From Eledone cirrhosa (taxonomy: Eukaryota): a stretch of DNA of 64,000 nucleotides. The position numbers and the translations under genes were made by a program. Of this stretch, positions 13,076 to 25,879 are shown in pieces; positions within the stretch are counted from its first letter, which is position 1, and each line of letters begins with the position of its first letter. The notes under the pieces were generated by a model, which made no database searches, was not told where the DNA came from, and saw only the letters and a program-made list of their open reading frames with translations. Where the stretch lies: positions 171,306,001-171,370,000 of the forward strand of contig OZ024740.1 in assembly GCA_964016885.1 (NCBI GenBank). Direction: 5' to 3'.

Positions 13076-13280
13076 TATGGCAGAATTGTTAAAGGATTGG
13101 ACAAAAATAATGGGCAGCATTTGTTCCATTCTGAGTTCAAATCCTGCCAAGGTCGACGTGGCCTTTCATTCTTCTGAGGTCAATAAAATAAAATACCAGT
13201 CAAGAACTGGGGTTAATATAATCTATTTCCCCTCCTTATTAAATTACTGGCTGGCCTTGTGCCAAAATGAGCAATTATTA
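13076..13280 (+). mobile_element. Degenerate SINE family A
   Basis: ggcagaattgtta...gagttcaaatcctgccaaggtcgac...ggccttgtgcc. Confidence 0.7.
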
Positions 13281-15064
13281 TTAACTATTGTATTTGCTTC
13301 TTTGTTCTGTATACTGTCTCTAAATTAAATAACCACTTGTAGAAAACATTGCTAACCCTTTGTTTCTGTTGTTGTGTAGCACTGGTTAGCGTTAATTAAA
13401 CAGGCTTGTAAATAGTCAATCAAATGACTGGACAATTCATAGATCCAGCACCCGTGATACTATATCCCTTATGTTGATAACCATATTATCCACTCTCATA
13501 TGACATAGTTTGATATATGTGTGCTTGGTGACATTCTGAGTATGTAGTTTCTAATGGGGGGTGCAGTCAGTTGGAGTGTAACAGCTTGTTTTTCTGCATT
13601 CATCTCTAGTGGTGTGCATCCCAACACAGTGTTTGGAGCTAATGAGTTTATTGATGGTGCTATTCTTTGTTTGTGTGTGTGTAATTGTTGTAAATTTCTG
13701 GACAAAGTGGAAAGTACAGTGTTATTAGGAAATGTAGTGTTCTAGGGCATTGTAGATAAGTCTTTACACAAACACAGTACTGGGTGGAGGGGACTGTGGA
13801 TTGTTGCAAGAGAATGCAGGCAATCGTATGTCCAGGTGGTCTTTCATTTTAATAATTACAGGACTACAGCATAATCCATCATGAATTATGCCTGTCATGT
13901 CTGGGCGACATCCAGGCATTCCCCAGACTTTGGTGTCTGGGGGACACCTTAATTCCCTAGGGAATTTTATGACCAGCTTCTTTGATTAACTTTTTATTTG
14001 TTATTCTTTTAAGTATATTATTGATGTTCTTGTTTTGAGAAGAAAAGTTAGTACAGTCAAGACTTCAAGGATCTTATCTCAGGACATGTTTTATAAAATG
14101 TATTTTCTGAGGGTAGGGTACATCATTGAAAAGTGGAAAGGTAGCAGTGCCCTCCATTAACAACAGACCTGGTCCCAGCTTTCTCCACATCACAACAAAC
14201 TAAAATAACAAGATAAAACATTTCATATCATCATAAGCTACACATAATCCACATACACAATTAAAGTACATTTGTTAAGGCATTAGCTGTTTGGCATGAA
14301 TGTAGATGGTCATTTTTCAATGTTATCAAGGAATTGGTCAAATATAACTTAACAGTTTCACTACCATGCCTTGTATTTCTTGTGCAATGTACTGCCTACA
14401 ATTTTCAATTAATTTTTTAAATAAAGGATTCAAGGGGATTTAGTAATATGACTAATTTTCTCATTAAGTTGGTGTATAGAACATAACTTTAGAAAAGTTT
14501 TCAATTTAAACATGAACACTTTAAGACAAATGGTATTTCATCAAAGAACCAGGAGTGGTTTCAATTAGGTTGATTTTCAAAAGTGTTCAATTAAATCTTT
14601 GTCAAAGACATCATTTCAGTACTACGACTGTGAATTTCTTATAAGAAATCTTATACGATCTAAGCTAATTCATTTGATTCCAACATCAGTGAATATTGTA
14701 TTGTATTGACAGGTTAAATCTACTTTTGTAAGATTTGAACTCAGAATATATGCTATTTTCATGGTAAGGCCCTCAAAATAAACCTGCTGTTTAGAAGAAA
14801 GCAAATCTACTGCAACACCAACCACATCTTTAGTGCAGTGCTGGACTGGATCCTTTATAGTATTTTGCTTTGTTTCTTTCTGCTCTGATTTCAAATCCTA
14901 AATCATGTCAGCCAATCCCTCACCCCCACCCCAAAGTTGATAGAATGTGTACCAGTCAAATACCAGGATCAACTGCTCATCCTACAAATGTGCAAATGTG
15001 ACATTGTGGTTGACAAATGAACTGAGAGAAAATATGATATTGACATTGATCTTGTCAAGGATTT

Positions 15065-15375
15065 GGCTTTTCTAGTGTTGGTACCACAAGAAAAGTCACC
15101 TAGTAAACTCTATAAAGTAGTTGATACTCAGATGGAGATGGTATAGTGTGGAGAGGAAGACTCTTCAGTCTGGCTTAGTACATGACAGCCTTTCTGGTGC
15201 TGGTGCCATGATAAATTGCATCCAGTACACTCTGTAAAGTGGTTGGTATTAGAGAATACATCCTGCCATAGAAGCCATACCAAAATATAGATATGAGCAA
15301 GATGTGGTTATCCAACCCATCTTGTCTTAGGCTATGACAATCAATCCAACCCATGCTAGCATGTAAAATGATGTG
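15065..15375 (+). mobile_element. Degenerate RTE/SINE-B 3' tail fragment
   Basis: actctgtaaagtggttggtattag...aacccatgctagcatg; similar remnants at about 10885-11045, 20120-20240, 40870-41102, 45860-46065, 51495-51670(-), 60165-60440. Confidence 0.6.
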
Positions 15376-16405
15376 CAAAATCTAGGAATCATTGCTGCAA
15401 TTACACAGATCTACAAAATTTGGAGCTCAAATATCACTTTCTTTGTGCATTTTAGGGTACTGTCGAAAGTGTTTTGATATTTGAGAATTTATTATCTACA
15501 AATAAGTGATAATTACACAAAAATAACATGCCAGTTACTGGTAGGAAGGTACTATATTTTGCACCAGTTGATGGTAGTTTTCTGCTCTGTGATTTTTAAC
15601 TGATGAACAAACAACCTCCATTGTTTACTTCTTCATTGTGTGGTGTTTCATGGAATTAAACAATCAAACTTTTGTAATGATCAATCAGTCACCATGATAG
15701 ATGTTATCTGGGTTTTTATTTTTACAACTTATTCAAATATATTACTGGTGTTTAATTTATAGGAACATATCTAGGATACTAAGGTAATGAATTGGCAGAA
15801 TATCAGATAGAATGCTTGGTGGAATTCATTCCAGCTCTGTTCAAATCCTGCCATGGTCAACTTTGCTTTTCATCCTCTTAAGGTTAATAAATGAAGTAAC
15901 TGTCTAATACTGGAGTCAATTTTACTTCTGTGTGTCTTTTTCATGTCCTCTATCTCATTCTTGCGCCTTCTCTTGAAGAAATTGACTTTGTTCAGACCTG
16001 GAGAGAGATGGACTCCGCCAGATTTCAAATACCCAAGGCAGAACCCTTACAACTCCCAGGTGTTACATCTTAATACATCTGAATACTATCTGAGATATTA
16101 CTGTATAGTGTGTTGAGTGAAATTTGGCTGCTACATTGAGCAAGTAATATTGTTTAATCCTTACCACACAAGTGTATATTTACTTAGCAATTTTTTGGTC
16201 GTGACTTCAGCAAGTAAAATGGAGTCTATGCTTTGTTGAGGAAGTCTAATAAAACCAAAGCATGGAAGTATTAGAATAATATTGTTTTAGTTTTTTTCTC
16301 CCTGTGTAATTTTTCCAAGTTAGAATTTTTTTTTTTTTTTTTTTTTTACACACCTAATATGTTAACATTAAGCTAACTATAGCTTATTCATTATAAGACA
16401 GTGCT

Positions 16406-17545
16406 TATCATCATCATCACCATTTTACGTCCGTTCTTCCACGTTAGCATGGGTTAGACGGGTTGTCCTGTTGTGGGCAGTGTCCGGTCGGCTGACCTTG
16501 TCTTGCTCATACGGGAACTGATTCTGGCTTGATTTCTACAGCTGGATGCCCTTCCTAACACCAACCTCATTTACAGTGAGTGCTGGGTGCTTTTTTTCCG
16601 TGGCGCCTACACGTCCACTTTACAGTGTGGGCTGGGTGCTTTTTTGCAGTGGGAGGGTGTGGGGGCATATTGTCTATATGCTTTAGCTTCAGCTTGTACC
16701 GTGGGGGGTCGGGTCTTCTGTATTACTGCATGACGCCAGAGGTCACGGTCGTTTGTCATCGCCTTTGAGAGGTGTAATTGGGTAAGGTCGGCTTTTATCA
16801 CCTCATTCCAGGTCTTCTTGGGTCTCCCCACTCCGCGTTTTCCACCGACTTCTAGTGCTCTGCACCTTTTTATGCAGCTGTCATCCTTCATACGCATCAC
16901 ATGTCCATACCAACGCAACCGCCTCTCCTGCACACAGGATTTGATTCCTCTTATGCTCAGTCTCTCTCTCAATTCGTTTATGCTTTGTCGTTCGCGTATA
17001 TTACTATTACATATCCATCGGAGCATGCAGGCTTCGTTTCTTTTTAATCTACGCAAGTCTTCCACAGACAGTGCCCAGGTCTCACTACCATGTAACATTG
17101 CTGTTCGTATACACACATCATACAGTCTGCCTTTCATTCTGAGGGAAAAGCCTTTTGCAGCTAGCAGTGACAGTAGCTCCCTGAACTTCTTCCATCCCGT
17201 TCTTACCCTAGTTATTGTACTTTCCGAACATCCACCTCCGCTGCTAATTCGGTCACCTAGGTATCAGAAGCTGTCTACTATTTCTACAGAGCCCTCCCAG
17301 AGTTTGGTGGTACTTGGTTCCTTGTGGCTGTTTGCTGCTTGCTGTCCCAGCACAGCTGCTACATGTGAAGCCTACATTCTTAGTTAAGCTTCCTGAGATC
17401 TCGCTACATCTCTTGTGTTTGTATTTGGGTCAGAGAATGGAGTTCCTACCTACACCTTTCCTACATACTGAGCAAGGCCATTTCCCTGAGGGGATCTGGG
17501 TTCTGTTTTCTCGTCTACTTACAAGGACCTTAGTCTTTGTCAGGT
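16406..17545 (-). mobile_element. RTE-clade LINE, 5'-truncated, disrupted RT C-terminal region plus 3' UTR
   Basis: Minus translation KTKVLV...F*YLGDRISSGGG...KGRLYDVCIRTAMLHGSETW...RRLRWYGHVMRM...RGVGRPKKTW...DRDLWR; (GAT)n tail; internal stops. Confidence 0.95.
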
Positions 17546-18158
17546 ATTCTCTTAGTACATTAGTCTTTGATAAATAACTAAATTACTCTTTCCTCTAAAT
17601 AGTTGTCTTTTCAACTAAACATTCCCTCTTTTACAGCTGATTCAAAAATCAAAAGGTTACCCAATATTTTTAACCTTTTGCTTTCATTATATTGTACACA
17701 CCCTTTAGATTTAATCTTTACTTGCTTTCACATCATATCTTTATTTTATTTTATTTTATTCTACCCATAATAGATCTCTATTGTGTGTTAAAGTTAACAT
17801 TTTAGTTGAGTTCCATTTTGATAATTCTAACAGAAATTGTTTTAACATTAAAGGACGAATATTCTTGTTTCTTCCACCTGCTTGAAAAACAATGTACTAT
17901 CTGACTGAGTTATTTCCATTCATTAATTGCTATAACCTATACATGATAGGACTGGGGCTACTATCATAAAAACACCCAATAAACCATGAGATGCAGCCTC
18001 ATAGGAGATTGGCTAAAGCTGCAAGGTATGAGCCATGACAACAAGCATAGCTTATTTACCTAAGAATCATTTAAGATACCCCATCTCTTTACAAGAGGAG
18101 TTAACATTTAATCTTTACTAGCCTTTTCTTCTATTTTAAAAAGTATATTTGTTTTCAG

Positions 18159-18235
18159 ATGTAACTTCCTATATTTTCTTGATACAGTGTCACAAGAAAC
18201 AGTTGCCAGAGTTGGTTTCACATTTCTTTCTCCAG
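18159..18235 (+). CDS. Putative internal coding exon (77 nt)
   Basis: tttgttttcag acceptor and CAG|gtaagc donor; phase 2 to 1, CNFLYFLDTVSQETVARVGFTFLSP(G). Confidence 0.55.
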
Positions 18236-19107
18236 GTAAGCATAATGCCTACAATTTGGGGGGAAGGAGAAAATGGAAACTATGATATACCTGCCCTTCC
18301 CATGAATATTAAATTAGTTACCTATAACTAGGAGGCAAAACCAGTTTGTGTAATTCTACTGTAAAATGCTCAACCTTCCTTTATTTTTTTTATTTTTTTT
18401 TATTTTATAGATCAGCTAATCTTATTTTATTGCTCTAAAACAGATGAAGTAGTTGTGTAGAAAATATTACTAACACTGTTATTACATCACCAAAGACTTC
18501 TGCTTTGCTTGTGATACATTCTTAGTGATAACAACTATTAATTCATTCCAGACCTTCATTTAACTGCAGTTGGCCTCATAAAGTAAAAGCAATTTCTTCA
18601 TTTTTTCTTTTTTTACATAACTCTCTTATTTATTTTCTCCTTAATGCCAGAATCTGAAGATAATTTGGCAAGTGAGAAGTGTTTTCTATCTCAACTACCC
18701 AATAAATAATAATGTTTACAATTTCATTTATTTAATTACTATGTCTTTACTTTGTATTATAGAAATAGAATATAATGGACAAAGTTATGGCTGTATAGTT
18801 AAGAAATTCACTTAGCAACAGTGTGATTCCAAGTTTGATTGCACTAAGCAAGGAACTTCCACTATTGCTTTGGATTGAATCAAGTGAAATTTAGCTGATG
18901 AACTCTATATGGAAACTTGTCAGATGTATGTGTATATTGATGAAACAAATGGGAGAATCAGTGTGTCAAAGAAAATCTCTTGTGGTATTAACCCTGTTAT
19001 TGTATTTCTAATGAATATACAGCTTATAAATTACAAATCATTCTGAAAATAAACAAAAATTTAGAGGGATTTAAGTATTATAACTTTTTATTATTAAAGG
19101 CGACTTA

Positions 19108-19300
19108 GGGCGGTGGATTGGCAGTATCAGTAGAGGGTCGGACGCCATGCTTTGCAGCAAAGAGTTACGGGCCTTTATAGTTTGAGTTCAAATCCCGCCG
19201 AGGTTAACTTTGCCTTTCATCCTTACGGGCTCGATAAAATAAAGTACCAGTAATACACTGGGATAATTGCTGGCCTTGTGCCAAAAGTAGAAACAATTAT
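19108..19300 (+). mobile_element. SINE family A (short variant)
   Basis: Full head, body and tail; flanked by ttattaaagg direct repeat. Confidence 0.9.
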
Positions 19301-19304
19301 TAAA

Positions 19305-19516
19305 GGTGGTGTATTGGTAGAGTGTCAGTCAATATGCAATGCAGCATAGAGTTATGGCCCTTTATATTCTGAGTTCAAATTCAGCCGAGGTTAGCTTTGC
19401 CTTTCATCCTTACAGGATCGATAAAATAAACCACCAGTAATGCACTGGGATTGATTTAATCGACTTTCCTCCACCCCCGAAATTGCTGGCCTTGTGCCTA
19501 AAGTAGAAACAATTAT
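19305..19516 (+). mobile_element. SINE family A (long variant)
   Basis: Tandem to previous copy; carries the extra gatttaatcgactttcc segment also seen at 10098. Confidence 0.85.
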
Positions 19517-21892
19517 GAAGTTGATGCTTAACAAAGGTTCTTACATAAAAATGTGATGGAAGGTTTTAGATAAATATATACTCTTCAACACAAACAGTTT
19601 AGTATTGTAGATTCATGGGCAGTTTAAGGTAGTTCACTATCAAAAAGGTTAAGTTACATACTGATTACATCACTTAAAAAGTCAATAACGTTAATACCAA
19701 TAAAGCCAACTAAAATCCTTGGCGGTAGTGCCTGAACATGGTCACAATCCAATAACTGAGAGCAGTAAAAGATATAAAGAAAGAACTGATGAATTTATTC
19801 ACCAAATGTTAATGGTATATTAGTTGAGTTACCTTTTAGTACACCTTTTGAAATAAGGCTGTATAGTTGTGGTTGAAGTATATAAATGGATGTGAAGAAC
19901 AAAAATACTTCCCCCTTACTAACATTGACTTTGAAATTGATTGTTTGTTGAGGTCAGCATTTTGAGTTTGGCCTTTTATCCTTTCAAGATAAATGGAATC
20001 CAGTACCAGTCAAATTCTAGGAGTGTTATATAATTGACTGTTTCTTTCCTCTGGAAACATTCAATTATTCAGATATTACTGTGTGCATCCCAGTTTTAAG
20101 AAAAGGTACCTTGTATCTCTGTGTGTAAGATGTGGACAAAAGGGTTGGCACCAAGAAGTGCATCCAATCACAAAACACTGCCTCAGAAAGTCTGGTCCAA
20201 CCCATGCCAATATGGAAAAACATGTAATAATGATGATTGTGATGGCATTCCAGAAATAGGGAGAGGCAAATTTAATTATTGAAGACATTTTATGAAATTT
20301 AAAAAAATATATGTTGTAACAGATCATGTTAGTTATAACTGTTCAGGATCTGACTTAAATAGACAAGCATTTAGGCCACGTAATTTGAATATTTGTATTT
20401 TACAGGTCAATATTTATTTGTATGTGTATGGGTGTGTGTTTAGACACACATATCTATTCCAGTTTATATATTAGATACATTGTATCCATGCATGCCATAA
20501 GAGGTAACTAATGGGGTTGGCATCAGGAAAGACATTTGGTTGTATAATACTGCTTCAAAATGTCCTGTCCCTCCCACCCATACCAGCATAGAAAAGTGAC
20601 TATAAAGCCAGTGATAATGGTGTGTGTACTTCATATATCATTTTTTAGTCTTCATTATCTACACCTTTTTATTATATTGTATAGCACTTGGGCTATGACT
20701 TAGTTGAATATGTTCTTAGACTACTAATATCAAAGGTCACAATTTCAAATACTCCCACCAACACACCACTGTGTTACTTAAACAACCAACAATCCTCCAT
20801 TTGTCTCAGTCTGTCTCACTTCCTTTCTTTTTCCTCTTTTAGCATAAAAATTATATTATCTCAAATGTGAAATTGCATAGAATTGTATGTTTTGAAAATG
20901 CTCTGATTATTTACATCACTTCTTTAAAAGTCTGTAAAAATATATATATATAAATTTGTACATGCTAGTTTTCAAATTTGATAAGTTCATTGTATCGTAG
21001 AGTGTATTTCATTAAATGATAATTCATAAATGCTTAGACCTGCATTTTGTACAATCAGTTGGTTCCCTTGCATTATTCAAAATTCATGTATGTTCAAGAC
21101 CCTTATATAAAAGTACCTATGTATGATGATGTTTTGAAGAAGGCTTAACATCAGATTCTCTGGAAGCTGAGGAAAAGAATGATAGTGGACGGGTGATAGT
21201 TTTCTCTTTTATATGTGGTTTCATGTGGAACAGGACGCTAAGTGTTGTACAACTTTTTCAAAACATGTTTCGCCTGTTTATGTTCAAAATCACACTATTT
21301 AAAACCACATGGGATTATACATTGTTTGCTGACACTTGAGATTTACTTTATTTTATTTCTTGAAAAGTATATATTTTATATAGTTATTTTTCAAGGTAAA
21401 TGAAACCCTATTAGAAAATTACTAAAGCAACTAGCCAAGATGGTTCATTAGAATCTTAGGTTGTGTGTTTATTCATAAGAAAACCCAGCAGTTTTTCATA
21501 TGATTCACTTTTGCGTAATGGATTTTTCCAAATTTTGTTGCTTAAAATTTTGAATGGTAATAATATCTGCCAAATTTTACATCTGATTCTCTCTTCTTGT
21601 ACCTTACTGTCTTTCTTCCTCACATCTCCTTTTGTCTCTTCTTTCTTATCCCTGCTCTTATTATTTCATTGGTTTTTTCTCAAATTTCACTACTCCTCTC
21701 TCTCCTCTCACTGCATGCCTCTTGTTTCACTACCTTTTTCTCTCACCCCTTTTACTGCTTTCTTTCCTCATATTGCGGTCCTCTTCTCATTTTGCTTGTC
21801 TTTTCTCACTTTCATTGTCATTTCACTGAAGACTTGGCCTTTGGATTTATTGTTCCATATTCCTGGCAATAAATTCTGTTTATTCCTTCCAG

Positions 21893-21984
21893 GTCTTCTT
21901 TTATTTGCTGTTAAATATTGTAAAACAATAAACCATGAGGAGCTATCAACTGTCTCAATCGAAGTTATGAAAACACTAAAGTGA
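21893..21984 (+). CDS. Putative terminal coding exon
   Basis: ttattccttccag acceptor; phase 1 start compatible with exon 18159-18235; (G)LLLFAVKYCKTINHEELSTVSIEVMKTLK*; AATAAA 20 nt downstream. Confidence 0.45.
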
Positions 21985-22003
21985 TATTCAGTTTATAAAT
22001 TTC

Positions 22004-22009
22004 AATAAA
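22004..22009 (+). terminator. Candidate polyadenylation signal AATAAA
   Basis: Hexamer just after the stop of the putative terminal exon; common by chance in AT-rich DNA. Confidence 0.3.
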
Positions 22010-22156
22010 GAACAGATTATGCTAAACACACTCTCATACTCAACTAGTACTAGCTACAATTTAAAATGATCAGCTATCAATGGATTATATTTCCTTTCTA
22101 CTACCTTACGCCTGACATCTAAGGGTTAACACATGTTTTTTTTTATATTTTCGTTG

Positions 22157-23770
22157 TTAATAATAATGAAAATATTGTGTACAGTGCTCAGGTGCACTAC
22201 AACTTATCAAAAAGTGTATGTATAGTACATAGGGTAATGTACAAACGTCAGGAAAATGAACAGTGCATGAGTCATGATATACACGTGTGCATGTGTATGG
22301 AAGGGGTACATCAGGTGTAGTTTTGGCGAATTTTGGGAAGCATGAGTGTCTTAAAGGATGCAGTGTCTCGGCAGCTAACAACTGACGCAGGCAATTTGTT
22401 CCATGCTTCAGCAACTCTAAGCGTGAAAAAATGTTTCAGAAAGTCATGAGAGCTGTGCTGTTTTCTGATTTTGTAGGCATGTCCACGTGTGTTAGACACA
22501 TGGAGATCAAAAAGGTGCTCAGGGTTGTTGTTGGCGAGATGGTTAATAACTTTGTGGGTGTTTACCAAGTCCATTGCCAGACGTCGGAGCTTCAATGAAT
22601 CCATGCCCAGGGAAGCAAGCCGTTCAGAGTATGGTAGGTGTCTGATGGAGGGTATGCGCTTGGTTGCACGTCTCTGAACAATTTCCAGGAGGTCAATGTT
22701 CTGAGCATGATAGGGGTTCCAGACTGATGATGCGAATTCCAAGTGTGGTCGTACCATAGCTGTATACAGCTTTAAATAGATGGTTGGAGAGCGGCTAACA
22801 AAGGTCTTGCTGAGTGATGCCAAGACACTCTCGGCCTTCTTAACAATCTTAGAGACATGCTTTGTCCAACGCAAATCGCTGCTGACAGTAATGCCCAGGT
22901 CACGTTCACAAGAGGACTTCTTGATATCAGTGTTGTGGAGGGAGTATGTGGACGCTCGATTTTTCCTCCCAAAATGCATGGTGGTACACTTGTCCACAGC
23001 CAGCTTCAGTTGCCAGTCTGTGGTCCATTGTGTCCAGGTCTGATTGTAGGAAAGAGTTGTAGATTTCAGGATCAGTCCTTTTGATTTCAAGGTCCAGCTT
23101 GATGTCATCTGCATATTTCAGTACCGTGGCATTCTTTAAGTTGGCATCTATGTCATTAATATATGCCACAAACAAAATGGGACCAAGAACAGATCCCTGT
23201 GGTACACCAGATGACATCTCATATGGTGAAGAATGCTGTCCTAGAACCGTGACTACCTCTTTTCAGCTGAAAAAGATCATCCCTCACACCCATTGCAGAG
23301 AGTTTCGCCATAAGTCTTTTGTGTGGCACAGAATTAAAAGCCTTAGCAAAGTCAAGGTAAACAACATCCACTCATGAGCCGCTGTCAGTGATCTGAGTAA
23401 TGTCTTCAAGGAACTCGATAAGCTGATCACAGCAGCTGGAGTTAGGGATAAATCCAAACTGCAAGGGCCCGATGTGGCTGTGAGAGCTCCAGAAGTTCCA
23501 AAGTGTGTCTCTGACACAGGATTCTATCAGTTTGGCAATACAGCTAGTAAGACTGACTGGACGATAGTTGACAGGTGATGTGCGGTCGCCCATTTTGAAC
23601 GGGGGAATGACACTGGCAGTTTTCCACTGCTCCGGAGTAGCACCATTGTTGACACAGTATTGAAAGAAGAAAGAAAGCTGGTGCAAAAGGAAGTACCCGC
23701 CACGTTTGAGAAGCAGGTATGTAACACCATCAAGACAGAGGAGGCATAGTTGCGCTTATTTTTAAGGTGT
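22157..23770 (-). mobile_element. CR1/L2-group LINE, 5'-truncated, frameshifted reverse transcriptase
   Basis: NYRPVSLTSCIAK, QFGF, SGVPQGSVLGPILF..YINDI, YADD, ERDLGI, VRPHLEFASSVWNP, VQRRATK, TRGH motifs spread over several frames; (ATT)n 3' tail. Confidence 0.95.
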
Positions 23771-23871
23771 AAATTCCATAGTTGTTATGGAATTTGATGT
23801 TAGAGATGGTGTAGATGGTACATTCTGGTTTACATCACTGGTTTAAAATCTAACAAATAAAATTAATTAGC

Positions 23872-24160
23872 TTAACCCCTTTGATACCAAACTGCCTTTG
23901 GTTCTATGACACAGCTAATTCATCATCCTCATTTAATGTGTGTTTTCCCTGCTAGCAAGTGTTGAACTTTATATTTATCTGAAAAACCTCACATCATAAT
24001 TTTGATGTAAGAACCTTTGTTATGCTATATTCCAAACACCAGTTTAATAATGAGAAAGTTATGTTACTAAATCCCTTCGATTTTTTTTTTACTATTTTCA
24101 AAATGATTTGGAAATCGTAAGCAGTGTCTTTCATTAAGAGTATGGTAACAAAAGGGTTAA
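23872..24160. mobile_element. piggyBac-like MITE, full length
   Basis: TTAA on both sides; 14-bp imperfect TIR CCCCTTTGATACCA / TGGTAACAAAAGGG. Confidence 0.75.
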
Positions 24161-24309
24161 TGATTATAAAGTACTAAGAGAAGATAACAACCCTTTGTAA
24201 TTTTTAACAGTTTGATATTTTGTAGTTCTAACATTTTTTAATGGAAACTGATGTACGTTTATGGATTGGAGGATTTTGTGGATTGACAAAGTTACTTCCA
24301 TTTTAGATT

Positions 24310-24440
24310 GTCAGCATCCACCACCATCCCTTTTATATAAATTATTTGATAGAAATTATGCATATATCAATTACCACTACCCTTTATATATAAATTATTT
24401 TTTTTAAATTAAGTACATGTTAATTACTACCGACACTACC
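24310..24440. repeat. Degenerate tandem repeat of about 50 bp
   Basis: ccaccatcccttttatataaattattt / ccactaccctttatatataaattattt, plus a partial third unit. Confidence 0.55.
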
Positions 24441-24794
24441 CACTGCTGAAAGGAAGTAATATTAAAGGATTACTAAAAGAAAAAGAACATTTTAAAATAT
24501 CTTTTATCTTAAACATTATTCTGCTCACCATTTTCTTATGAGAAATGTGACTTGCTGTTGATGTGACTTTTGGTAATCATTACTGCAATTAGTTTTTCAT
24601 TTCCTTTATTTAAATGGCAGGAAACACTCTTAGGTTTTACTATATCCCCCCTCCTTAAATCCAATTATTTTCAGTATATAATTCTATTCCTTTTTTTTTT
24701 TTTTTTTTTTAGTAAGAGTGGCAATCTAGGCATTTAGAGCTAACCTTAGAGGGTTAGCACCAACAAAGAACTGATCACACATAAACATGGATTT

Positions 24795-25560
24795 GAATAA
24801 TAATTTCTAACGTAAATCATATGACCAGAAATGTTAAAGAGGGAGGAGTTAGTTAATTAAATCAACCCTAATAAGTGACTGGTAATTTATGTCATTGACT
24901 CTGGAAGTATAGCAAGTAAAGTTGACCGATATGATTTGAACTCGGGGCGTAAAGTGCCAGAACAAAATATTTTATTCGACATTCAAACGATTCTGCTAAT
25001 GGTAAAAATAATAATTGTTTCTACTTTTGGCACAAGGCCAGCAATTACCCACTGCATTACTGGTACTTTATTTTATCGATCCCGTAAGGATGAAAGGCAA
25101 AGTTAACCTCAGCGGGATTTGAACTCAGAATGGCAAGGGCCATAACTATGCGTCAAAGCATGGCGTCCGACTCTCTACCGATACTGAATGGTTTCTAATT
25201 TAGGCTCAAGACCAGCAATTCGGTAGAGACAGATAAGTCAATTAAATCCACCCAAAACTTGAAATGTACTTAATCAATCCTCACTCCCCGAAAATATGAA
25301 AGGCAAAGTTTGACTTCAACGGGATTTGAACTCATTTTGTTTGACTCTAACTATGCTGCCAATGTTTCTAATTTACGCACAGGGCCAACATTTTTTTTTT
25401 TTTCTCTTTTTATTTTTGGTTGTGGATGATTAAATCACCTCCAGTACTTGACTTGTACTTTATTTCATCGACCTCATCTGTATTTGAACTCTGAACACAA
25501 AGAGCTAAAATAAATACTGCATGGTATTTTGTCTAATGCTCTGGCGAGCTTGCCAACCAC
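24795..25560 (-). mobile_element. Tandem stack of about 4 SINE family A copies (best preserved 25008-25186)
   Basis: Repeated gatttgaactc (B box, reverse) and tttcta...caaggcc/gacc tails in one orientation. Confidence 0.8.
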
Positions 25561-25879
25561 TGTCCTGAGGGTAGGAAGGATAATAAAACAAATTCATATC
25601 AACTTTGACCACGAAAAGAAACTGCCATTGAAATAGTGAAAAATATAACAAGGGTAAAGATATTATTGATTTCTCACATTGGCACACGGCCACACATAGT
25701 AGGGGAAGGTATAGTTGATTGAATCAACTCTAGTGCATAACTGCTCCTTATTTTATTGAGCAAATGTTAGATTGAACTAACTCTAAACCTGTTTGGAATA
25801 TTTCAGTACGAGTTAACACCAGTGTGTTGCATAATATATATTTCATATCATTTGATTTTATATTTTTATACAAGAGCCA

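Larger units (their letters stand above)
18988..19632. mobile_element. piggyBac-like MITE interrupted by two SINE A copies
   Basis: ttaaccctgtt...caaaaaggttaa termini; body resumes after the SINEs. Confidence 0.65.

Noticed and set aside
7969-18159. TG|A junction creating UGA (selenocysteine) between putative exons
   Set aside because: An intervening candidate exon exists at 12801 and no SECIS was recognised.
21463-21892. Hydrophobic 173-aa ORF
   Set aside because: CT-rich low-complexity tract is open in several frames; only the part after the 21892 acceptor is plausible.
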